Assembly: GCA_009103225.1 (NCBI GenBank)
Contig: RHPI01003642.1
Span: 641,116-705,115, forward strand
Reading direction: 5' to 3'
Origin: Chlorokybus atmophyticus
Lineage: Eukaryota; Plantae; Mesostigma and Chlorokybus algae
DNA length: 64,000 bases
Shown here: piece after piece, positions 1-10,649 of the stretch
How the letters are laid out: each line of letters opens with the position of its first letter
Position numbering within the stretch: the first letter of the stretch is position 1
Translations under genes and position numbers: made by a program
Notes under the pieces: generated by a model
What the model saw: the letters and a program-made list of their open reading frames with translations, nothing else
The model's database searches: none
Told to the model about the DNA's origin: nothing

Positions 1-2590
1 GTTGCTCCAGCCCTGAGTTCGGCAGCCTCTTTGTCGCTGTGTGCCGAAACCTTGCGCTTGTGCCGTTTGGGCGCTGTGGCGGTGGCGAGAGCAGACTCTT
101 TGCCACTGAACTTGCTCGACACGTGGTGCAGCATCCGCTCAATGTCCTTCAGATAGTGCCGGAACTGGTCCAGAGCCTCTGGTCTGTCCACATGCTGCAG
201 GTTCTTCATAATGTCGGACATGGCCATGGTGATGTTGCTCTCGGCATCACCGACGGGTTGGTAGTGCTGGGCCATGGCACCATCTGCATAACATGCCGTC
301 ACTGTCATTGCGCATGTAGTACACACACGGTTTCCTAGCGTGCACCCTACCCGTAAGAGTACCATGGGCGAGGGTGGCATTGCCTTCTGCGTGCTCAGTG
401 ATACCGAGCTCCATGGAGCTCGTCTCTTGCTGGTGCCGCTGGTCTTCAGCAGTCAAACCAACTTCATGATTGCCATTGTATGAGACGTGTCCACCTGCAC
501 AGGAGAAGAAGTAAGCCACACAGGAAACATGGCAGTCGTCTGTGTTCTGTGTTCACTCATATCATCCTAAACTGCTTCCTACCCGCAGAGGCTTCACCCG
601 ATGGCTCGATGATAGTAAGGGAAGGATGAGCAGCATGGTTGGAATGCGGGCGATTGATCTGGATGACCACGATGTCAGGCTCGGCTCGGTAGCGTGTGAT
701 GCTCATGCGAAAGGTGCAGCCGCAATTGAGGGGGTCGTTTGGCTTTTTCGGGTTGCCTCGACTGCATGCGTACGTTGTCTTCTCGAGTATGTTGGGCCCC
801 CGCTTGCCCGGATCCCTCAAGGAGGCATTCTTCAGTGGTGACGGCATGGCCATATTCAAGCCGCCATCTCTGCTTTCACCGCCTCCTGCGCCTTCTTGCT
901 GATGGGTGTTACCAGCTGCAGCTTCATCTGCAGCAGCATCTTGCTCTTGTTGGGCACCACTTGCTGACACCTCGAGAGTCTTGTTCTTGGCTGCTCGCCG
1001 CGTGGATCCCGTATTGACCTTCACGGTCATCACCAAGTCCATGCTGTTCTCCAGCTGGTATTGCAGCAGCCAGTCCCTCATCTGCTGCACCGGAAGCCTC
1101 ATCTCCGGCAACAGCTCTGCAACGCAGGCATGCTTATGGGATATGTATCAATCAATCAATCAAGCCCAAACACTCTGGGTACTGACCTGCTGCCTGAGGG
1201 TCTTCGCAATGCAAGTCAGCTGTTCTCACACCTCTGCTCAGCTCAGCACTCCCGTCAAACTGAACGGTGCAGCGCTTGCTCGTGAACGATGTGATATTCC
1301 CCGTGCGCCCGTAATTTACGCCGTATACACACCGCACTCGCTGTCCGGCTCCAGTGGGAGGCTCGCGAACTCCTGCATGCCAAGTGAACTGCATAAACAC
1401 ACCAGCACAGACTTTTACACTTGGTGCTTGGCATTCACCTTCAAACAAGGGGTGGAGATTCTGTCGGCTGACCCATTTCGTGCTCGAGCCTGTAGCCCCT
1501 GCCTCTTGGCCTGGCACGGGGTCCCAGACGATACGATACCGCAACCCTTTCTCATCCGCGTCGATGATGGTACCCGTGCGGTAGTTGTGCGTGTGGTTTA
1601 CTCGCGAGTGCAGCGGCAGCCGCAACGCTTCCGGATCAGTGCTTGCATCTGATGAGCAGATAAACAGACACCAAATACATCACGTACAACAAGGGGCGTA
1701 TGCGTATGTGTATAGGTGCATACATATCCACAACAGCATGGCTACCATGTGAAGCTATCAATCAACCTGGCAGAGCTAACAGCTTCTTCCGTCGCTTTGT
1801 TGGCTGTTTCCACAACGCCTCCTGAAGAGGTGCAGAGTACTCGTCTTCCACGCCTTGATCGGTGGTGGTGGCAGCCAAGTCCTCGCAGTGCAGGAGCGCC
1901 GTGCTGATCAGACTGCTGCTCCCGTCCTCGAACCACTTGATCAAACACTCCGCCTCCCTGAATTCGACCACTCGAGCCCGCTTGCCACACGTCTTGCCAT
2001 GCACGCATATGACCACCTGGTCGGCTTCTGTAGGCAGCACCTGCAAACCTGTTTCCGCGCGTATACGAAAATGCCAAACCTAAGTGTTAACCATACGCTG
2101 GCAGTGTGTGAAACAACTCTTCAGAAGCATTACCTCTGTAAAGTGGCTGCAAGTACTTGCTGAGGATCCACCTCGGTCCATGCCGCCGCTCACGCTCGCT
2201 GGCATCATCCCACACAACCAAGCAGCGGCTGGCATCCTACCCAACATAGTGAGAATAGCTGAACACAAAGATGCGTAGCAACAGTTGTGTGCAGATGGTG
2301 CGACTGACTGCAATGTGACACGAAAGCACCAACCTGGTCCACAGCGACAACCGTGCCGGTGCGGCAGGAATTTTGCCTGTGCACGACGTGCGTGTTGACG
2401 CACAGTTGCTGCTCTTGGTACGAAGCCGGCTCTTCATCTGATCAACATACGTCCATAAACCACTGCAAGTGTGATATGGCATTGCGCGATCCCACTGCCA
2501 ATGCTGCACAACCTGACTTGCAGATGGCGTACTGCATGCATGCGCCAGAAGGTTCTTGCTGAAGACAACATGATGGGACTTACCAGCCAT
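1..2590 (-). CDS. Multi-exon gene, 3' end runs off the window: two tandem pairs of Tudor/KOW-like beta-barrel repeats followed by a WRKY/GCM1 (FAR1/MULE-type) C-C-H-H zinc-finger-like domain; probable chromatin or DNA-binding protein
   Basis: GT-AG exon chain keeps one frame from ATG 2590 (ATGGCTG|gtaagt): MADEEPASYQEQQLCVNTHVVHRQNSCRTGTVVAVDQ / DASRCLVVWDD..RWILSKYLQPLY / ..DQVVICVHGKTCGKRARVVEF..LHCED / ..HSRVNHTHNYRTGTIIDAD..YRIVWD..KWVSRQNLHPLF / GQRVRCVYGVNYGRTGNITSF..LHCED / exon 557-1111 with TTYACSRG..CGCTFRMSITRY..VVIQINRPHSNH. Domain names are inferred from motif pattern only. Confidence 0.6.
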
Positions 2591-3083
2591 CAGTGCTGTG
2601 TGAAGAAGATCAGCAGCAAGTCATGCTTTGTAGCGGTTGCCAAGAAGGTTTGCCTGCCATCTGGCACACGAGCTTTATGTACTAGCACTTGATGTCTCTG
2701 AAGTGTGCTCTCTTAGCCCCTACTTGGACGACACAACTGAGTCTCACACTGTCCAGCCGCACGCATGCATGCCAACTCACCGGAATCAACACAGCGACCG
2801 GAGCGTCGTTAAGCTCCAAGCCACTATCGTGGTTGTGGTTACGGCAAAGGTCGTCATCAACAGCTGATTTCCAGTACAACCATGCACGCCTCAGCATCAT
2901 CCATCACAATGACTCCCTCGTGGACCCTGCCGCCGCTTCAGGCGCAAGCAGGGAGAGCACACAGCAGCAGATGGATTGAAATTAAGGGTTTGACTATGGC
3001 GGAGAGGAGGACAAGGACAAAGCATGCGGTCGGCCCCGAACCGGATGCCAGCCTCTTCTTCACTTGCTCGTCCCGTGGCGTCC

Positions 3084-3095
3084 CGAACCGGATCC
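3084..3095 (+). promoter_or_regulatory. Candidate promoter motif CGAACCGGATCC (partial copy at 3037)
   Basis: Lies between divergent genes; the same 11-mer occurs at 10319 (reverse strand) and 40149. Confidence 0.45.
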
Positions 3096-3282
3096 GACAG
3101 TTACGCGGTGTAACGCTTCGTTACCAACGCAACACCTGCTGACACTGCTTGGCAAGCAGCGTCACCAATGGATGTGATTCACCGTCAATCATTCACGTCC
3201 AAGGCGATTGATTCACTGATCCACTGAAGCCCTGCTGCTGCAGTCATTACAGTGAGCACTGACAATTCTGGGCGGGAGTGCG

Positions 3283-4359
3283 ATGGTGTCCGCGATGGCG
3301 GCGGCGGCGGTGGTGGCGGCGCCGCTGCTGCTGGCGCAGCTGGTGTCCCGCAAGCGGCCTGCGGGACGAGCAGCAGGTAGAGTGTCCCCTCCGCCAGGAT
3401 CTCGGAGCCTTAACTACAGCACCAATTCGCGAGGGGAAGTGCCTGGTAAGCACAAAGGCTGTGCAATGCATGCACAGAGGGAGTCTCAGTGAGCTGGAAT
3501 TATCAACTGACTTGTGCGTAATTTGGGCAGCTGGCGAGGCTGGGAGGCCTTTCGGGCCTGGCGGCCTGGCGGCAGCTGCGGGCCGTGGAGATAGTGGCAA
3601 CAATGTGTATGTGGTGCGGGTGCTGACAGCAGAAGATTTCAACGAGATCACCGAGCAGCAAGAGCCGGACCTTCCATTCAAGCATGGGGCCTACTTGAAG
3701 AGGTGAGAGAAGCAACGCTCAACAAAGTGCAGGCTCGCAGTCTGTAACATAACACTTGTGCCATGCATGCACGCATGTTAGCACTTGTAACCAAGCATCC
3801 TATACACATGCGCATTGTTCTACACGTGTGGACATAGGTGCGAACACGTACAGGTTTGCACCCAAGCTCAGTAGTCAGTAAATAGGTTATGCGTATTCCA
3901 TAAGCCTTCCCTAGAACGTTGTTATAGCTCCGCAATGATATGCACCCAAAGTTGTGCAGCAACATGAGTACATAAAAAAGCCAATGACTGCAGCTGCTTG
4001 CATTGCGATGCAGCCTCTACGATGAAGGGAAGCTCAAGTTGGCTGGGCCGTTCAATCCCATTACAAGAGATGGTGGCATCTGGGTGCTCAGTGTGCCCAC
4101 CATGGACGACGCCCTGGAGTGTTTGCACAACGCACCCTTCTACAAGACCGGTCAGGACCCTTGCCCTGCCCTGATATCACATGTCATGATGTTGTCGGCA
4201 CAGCTCACAAGTGGCAATCCTGCAGCTCATTGACCTTTTCGTTTCGTTTTCGTCGCAGGTTTGATACGCGACACGCAAGTTTACGAGTGGAACCTCATGT
4301 TTGGTGATGAAGAAGCGTTGCACTACCTGACAGGATCAAAGAAATTGAGCTCCGCATGA
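3283..4359 (+). CDS. YCII-related (YciI-like) domain protein with an N-terminal low-complexity, possibly targeting, extension; 4 exons
   Basis: Splice phases are consistent across about 3283-3445, 3531-3702, 4014-4149 and 4259-4359. Product contains HGAYLKSLYDEGKLKLAGPF..DGGIWVL..PFYKTGLIRDTQVYEW, the YciI pattern (H..YL, G.L...GP, DGG, PF...G, W). Confidence 0.8.
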
Positions 4360-4628
4360 GCCAGTCGGTCAGGATACGGCGCCATTTGCACAGTTAAAAC
4401 CAGGCCGACAGCCAATCCATTTTGCATTAAGGATTGGACACCAAAACTGTATGAACATCAAATATACTGTACATACGACATCAATTGTTGCAACTGCTGA
4501 GTATGTGCCTCGCTGTCCAGTTAACACAGCGCGTGCCTGCTGTGTGCAAGCTCGACCTGTGCCCACGTGCCAAGGTAGTGTGCGCTCTGACCATAGCTGC
4601 CACGGTTAGCATCAGCCACTGCATGCCT

Positions 4629-6636
4629 CTAAGTTTCGTCCAGCTCTTTATCATCCCCGTCACTTTCATCATCAGGTTCGCCTTCATCACTACCGTCCTC
4701 TTCGTCTTCAGAGCCTTCAATTGCCTGCAGGTGCTTCTGTCTGTTACTACACTGCAGCAGCGAGTCTCTCTGAGCCGCAGATCGATCATGAAATCGCATA
4801 AGGCCAAACCTCAACACCGTCGGAGTCTTCATCTGTGTGGTCAGAGCCTTCAGGTTGTTCTTCACCATACTCAATGGCCTGCCAGACAAAGATTTAGTCG
4901 CCTGGCAGCCTACACAACTGACATCCGTCCAATACATGCAACCGCACCGCATTGTAGTACTTCAATGGATCCTGCCATAGGTCGTCCTTGATGATATCAG
5001 CAATCTGCATAGCCCACCGTAGCTTAAAGTCGGTTACGGCAATCAATTTAGCCATCTGACTTGGGGGGTGCTCACCTCGTCCTCGTCACCTTTCCTGAGT
5101 CCCCTTGTGAACCATGAGAAAAAGCTGCGGTACATGATAAGCTGAGGTTAGTACAGGCAAGCTAAGCTTAGTATAAGCGCCGAAACCGAAAATACCCATA
5201 CCTGAGTTGACTGTAAGCGCGCTTGTTGCCTTTGAAGTCATCAGGTGGCTTTGTGATGTCCTGCAGACAGGGCCCAACGTATTTGCTGAGCAATATGTCA
5301 TGGCAGCAGCCACCAAAACACCATAATGCAGTAGCAACCTTGCCAGGTCTCCACTGTGGTTTTGTGCCCACTGTCTCTGGCTCGCCACTGTCACTGTACC
5401 TAACTTCCTTGAAAAGCTCGCGGTCTTCAAAGTATGGATTGTCTTCTCTAAATTTCTGCCAACAGCAAGCCAGCTCGCTCACAATAATACCCAGTATGGC
5501 TCGAAGGGCACTCAGCGTACCATTGTTATCTTGTAGCCAGAGCTCATGTCAGGCGACTCGTCCACAATCAGCTCTTCTAAGTATGAGAGAATCTGCATGG
5601 ACGATGGGTTGTTGTATTTAACAATCGCAAATGAAAGCCCCACCTCAATAGTGGAAAGCCCATGTACCTGGTGGTCTTCATCAAGTAGAAGGTCGCCGAG
5701 AACAGGATGGCAGGCAAACTGCAGGAAACATGCTGCATTACAAGAGGCATATCATGCGCCGCACACTTCTCCCCGACACCATGCCAGTGCAAGGATGTAT
5801 ACCGCGGTCAGCCAGAACTCGGGAATATTCCTGATGATCTCATTGCGCTTTTGGTACAACGGCTTCTTCACCGCATTCCACTTCATCTCCACTGCCAGCA
5901 CCTCGTCGCTTGACTTGTCGTTGATCTGCCATTCAGCATGTATCATGACATACACTAGCTACCCCCATTGTGAAAAAAGGTGCTGATTCCCATGATCACA
6001 GAAGCTTCACACAAGCATGCCCCATGTCAGTGAACAACTGGCGCTTTGCAGTGCTGCAAAGTAGCTGTACACTGCTGCTTGTACCCGTGTGCATTGTCTT
6101 CAGCTAAAGACGATGAACACGGGTGCAGCTAGGTGCTGGCACGTTTCTACATTGCAAGCCATACTCAATAGTAGAGTGACCTGACAGACGGGCAGCTCAA
6201 TCGCGCAACGCTGGCTTGCCGACAGTCGAGCTAGGTACTGAGACGACACATGCCGTTCCGGCTGTGGATGCTGCCTTTCAGCTGAAGCAAGCAATCATGC
6301 AACACGCAGCATGCCCCACTTGCGTCAGCGTTATGCACTGAGGTCTCAACAACCCAGATGAAATGAGGTGCATTGTTATTGACAACGTTGAATAGCATTG
6401 TACGTCATGCATTCGGCTACTGTGCCAGTACAATAACTGAGCCAAAGCGGAGCATAACGCACCTGCTCCAATTCCTCTTGGGTCTCAGACAGCATGCCGA
6501 GATTAGCTTCATCAAGTGCAGCTTGCTTCTCCAGAACGTCCTGCTGCTGCTTGCCACTCTTAACAGCTGTTGCCGCACCTCCCCCCGCAGCTGCCGGTTC
6601 GCCCCCACCCTTCCTGGCCCTCTTAGCCTCTCCCAT
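4629..6636 (-). CDS. NRP1: NAP1-related protein (NRP/SET/TAF-I type histone chaperone), multi-exon
   Basis: Exons encode INDKSSDEVLAVEMKWNAVKKPLYQKRNEIIRNIPEFW, ILSYLEELIVDE..SGYKIT, NPYFED, SFFSWF, IADIIKDDLWQDPLKYY and an acidic tail ending at TAG 4629; typical SET/NRP motifs. Confidence 0.92.
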
Positions 6637-6891
6637 GACCTCCTTGATTGCAGCTCTTCCACAGCTAGAGGTGCACCCTCGTCACCTCACCTAGCCAACC
6701 ACCCATCTAGCACAAAAGCTGCTCAGCATCCAACCAACGCCGCCGCCAACGCCGCTCTGCTCAAACACAGCTCTGCTCACCATCAATGCCCCAGCAGGTT
6801 GAATAGGGTTTGTCTGTGCGTGAGCCAATAGCGGCTGTACAAAGCGGCGGAGGCGGCGGTGGTGGGTGGTAGGGGTGCTGGTGGTGGTGGC

Positions 6892-8448
6892 ATGCAGATC
6901 CAGTGGAAGAAAGGCGCAGTCAACGGGCAAACAGCCAAGCGTCAGCGCCTGCGCCCTTCTCCTTTGGCGGAACAGAGCGAGGAGGTGGACGCTGCCGCTG
7001 ACAGCACGCAGCTGGGTAGGCGTTGGCAGGCGTGTGTCCGCGGTTAGGCTCTCCGTTGTTATGCCTCTGTTCATGTGTCTTCATGTATTTCGTAGCTAAG
7101 TATTACGTGAGTATTACGGCGTGTGTGTGTGCCGTAGAGCAGCAGGACGCGCTGAACACACCCATGTACGTATGTATGTAGAGTGTTGTACTACTGCACT
7201 ACCTATCTACGTTGTTGCTAGCAAAGCCACAAAACCTGCTGTTGTGCTACTGTTCCGGTCATTGTAATACAGGTAATGCAGCGTACGCATCCCACTGAAC
7301 AGCTCAGCACTGGCTGCTTCAATAACCTCATCTGCAACTGTGTCCGTTGCATGTAGGTTAGGGGCTGTGCGCGTGTGCTCTGAGCTATGAAAGCCCTTGG
7401 CAGTGCTGACAGTGAGGCTGACTTGCGCATGGTGTGCGTGTCCTGGTTGCAGTGGCACGAGAGCACTCTGCTGCTGACGAGGTTGATTCTGCCTCTGCAT
7501 TGGAAGCGTCTCGGCGGCAGCAAGAAGCTGGCAACGCCCTCGCAGAGGTCAGTGGCTACTTGTTGGGGACTCAGAGCAACGTTTAGGTTGCTGATATGCC
7601 CTTGTCATAGCAGCGTGTGTATAGTGCGCGCACATGTCTCTGCAGTCATGCACAGCACTTACCCGGCTTGCTTGGCCAGGCTGGTAGATGGGAAGAATCG
7701 TTGCGCGCCTGGAACAAGGCGGTGGCATTAACACCAAACCGCGCAGCGTTGCACGAGGCACGCGCTCAAGTCCTGCTGGAGACTGGGGACACGTGGAGTG
7801 CGCTTCAGGCCGCAACACGTATGCTGTTTATGTTGTTGCGAGGGCGATGGCAAACCCCTCCTCCATCCCAGTACTTGAAATCGGTTGCGGCCACGGAGTG
7901 ACACAGTGTTTGTTGTGCCGCAGGTGCCACTGAGTTGGAACCAGAGTGGGCTGATGTAAGTGTGTACTCTAACAACATGCCTGCAATGTGTCACTGGACT
8001 CAGCACCTTTGTAACCGTATGCAAACCTCCCTCACTGCGTCCCCTGCAGGCACTGGTCACTTTAGGACGAACGCGGCTCCACCTTGGAGAGCCGGCCTTG
8101 GCACTGGAGAGCTTTGAGCAGGCGCTCAGGCTTGAGGTAAGGCTCGCGGCTGCCTGGCCAGTCCAGGATTAAGCCATGCACTAGTATTGATAGTGCGGCC
8201 ACTTATCTTTTGGGTGGTTTTCTGTACAGCCCACCAATGCGGCAGCCAGAGAGGAGCTTGACGACGTGCGGGTGCTGGTGTTAAAGCAGCGCGCAAAAGC
8301 GCAGGCCGCAGCTTCAGCCGCAGCTGAAGAACACGAAGGTGACTACACTATGGCATCTGCTGCAGGAAAGGTTGCTGCAGGTATAGTGTACGCTCAGCGC
8401 GTACCAGTAGTAGATCGCTCTCAGGCTGACAGCCACAGAGCACTGTAA
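6892..8448 (+). CDS. TTC33: Tetratricopeptide repeat protein 33 homolog, multi-exon
   Basis: Starts MQIQWKKG; TPR exons QQEAGNALAE / AGRWEESLRAWNKAVALTPNRAALHEARAQVLL..WSALQAAT / RATELEPEW / ALVTLGRTRLHLGEPALALESFEQALRLE match the TTC33 layout. Confidence 0.85.
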
Positions 8449-9035
8449 TCTATATTGTAACTTGTATAATATCAAACTGTACATATGCTCTACAATTGCA
8501 CGTGTCACCACTTGACATACAGAAACTCTTCATCCGCGATCTGGTGTGCATGGCTTGTACTTGGCATGTAATGAGTTTCTGTGTTCAATATTGTTGTTTC
8601 AATCCCGCACAAAGCCAATGTCGCAGGCATTGGGTTGAATGGTGGGGCCAGGAATATCAGTAGAAACAGCACATCACAGGCATATCTGCTGCCTGATCGC
8701 GGAACGGGTTCGCAGCAATTGACAGAACCGAGCATGCTTGAAACTGCCTGCATTTTGGTTCAACAATTGACTATCGTGCGCATGCAAAGACACACAGTTG
8801 TGACAGTTGCATGTAAAGGGAGTGAAATCCATGAAGTAGCTCTGCTTGCCACTGATGAAGTGCCACCGCCAACACATCGCGAGCTTTCATTTGGTAACCA
8901 AGTGCGTATGGATGAGGATTGTGCTCCTACAGTTGCCAGTGGCAACGTGGCACAAGGCTAACTTTTACACCAAATCAAACCAAACAGGATCTTTGCAACG
9001 CATTATTTCTGTACAAACGGCAGAGTGTGCTGCCA

Positions 9036-10201
9036 TTATGACGTCCTTGCCTTGCGGCTGTTGATCCATGCAACTATGCTATCCACATTGCGATCAAGGT
9101 CCTCGACAGTGTTACTAGGACAGGCCTGGATAATCTCCTCTTTGTAACTCTCACGAGCCTCCTCCAACAACACTTGCATAATTTCGCATTCAACATTCTC
9201 TTGCACCTTTGCGTCCGGGTATCCCCTGTGAAGGGTGCAGCTAAGCGACTAGATGGCGTGCATGAATCAAGCATGATGCCGCGCAACTTCTGTGTGCTGG
9301 CTACGAGGTTCCAAAAGCAGGATCAAAGTCTGTAGTAAACAAAGTGTGTCTCTCACCTTTTCTCCAACCTGTCGTACAGCACGGTGTTGTCTGTTTGCAA
9401 GACAACAACCAGATCAAACCACCGTTGCGGAAAGAAGTCGCAGCTGTGGTAATCAACCACATTCCCGCCCGCACTCATCTGATCTTCCATAGCATCACAG
9501 ATCTGCGCAACCGACGTTATCAGAAGCAGCAGCTTTGCTGCAGACAAACTGCAGCACTTGGCATGCGGAGTGAATGTTGCACAACTCAAGCACACAGCAA
9601 AAGCCGAGTGTGTCTCAAGACGGAGAGATTCGTGCTGCACACGCCTTGATACTGCTGCTATAGACACTTGGCCTGCAACTGCGGGATATCTTTGATGACA
9701 AGGACGTAGTAGGCAAATAAGCGCAGGTATTTACACTGGAGAATATCATTGAACTTGTCTGGAGACTGTAACGATGATGGATAAGGGCCATGCATGCAAC
9801 TTCAAAGTCTGTAGTGGTGCACTTCTTGCCCATGCAAACCGTTTGCCACAAGGGCCTGACCGGCAATGCGCATGCATAAGCAGTGTGTCTATGCGCTCAC
9901 CAACGTGAAACCTGCACGCAACACGAAGCACAAACGGTGGACATCACTACAGCAGTATCGAACTGTTTGGGCTTCTTGTGCCGTGCTCTACCTTGTCCTC
10001 GTCAATGATGTAAGCCTCGTGCTCCTCATCGTAACCGTCATGCAGGCTCTTCTCCTTGACAAGATCCCCAACGTTGACGTGCCTCAGGTCTGTAGCCGCC
10101 GCGACTCGTGCCGCCAGCGACGTCTTACCTGTGCCCGGTGTACCCGTCACCAGCACGTTGGGCGTACCCCGCCTACCATCTCCAACCACCTCTATTCCCA
10201 T
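9036..10201 (-). CDS. AK6: Adenylate kinase isoenzyme 6 (AK6/hCINAP/Fap7), 3 exons
   Basis: [14 protein letters not shown]-loop, [37 protein letters not shown], and [22 protein letters not shown]; stop TAA at 9036. Confidence 0.95.
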
Positions 10202-10318
10202 CGCGATAACCACGACACCACCGCCGCCGCCGCCGCCGCCCAGGCCAGGCCAGACCAGGCCAGCCCAACTTCTTGAACTTCTACTTGAAAACCAGATACT
10301 GACCTGTTCCGGGTTGGC

Positions 10319-10330
10319 GGATCCGGTTCA
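10319..10330 (-). promoter_or_regulatory. Candidate promoter motif TGAACCGGATCC in the AK6/EIPR1 divergent spacer
   Basis: The plus strand reads ggatccggttca. Confidence 0.45.
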
Positions 10331-10649
10331 GTAACGGCCTCGGCATTAGGCCAGGCCAAACCAGGCCAGGCCAGTAGTGGCCGGGCTGCTTGGGACAGGC
10401 AGGATAGCGGCGTCGTGAGAGACAGCGTTGGAAGCCTGATGTGGGAAACGCTATGGCTGAAGCACATGGATTGGCTGGATGCTGAGGAAGGTTGTATTTA
10501 CAAGCTGATCTGTTGAAGTGTTACGCGTGGCCTGTGCGCTCTAGGCGGCGAGGGCAGCAGCAGCTATGGGAAGGCCATCGAGGCTTTTACTGTGCGAGTG
10601 AAGGCGCTAGGCGCAGATCTGGTCTTCAGTCAGCGAGGCCGGCGCCAGC

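Noticed and set aside
906-1652. 248-aa plus-strand ORF
   Set aside because: Antisense shadow of the minus-strand exons, running through their introns, with low-complexity composition.
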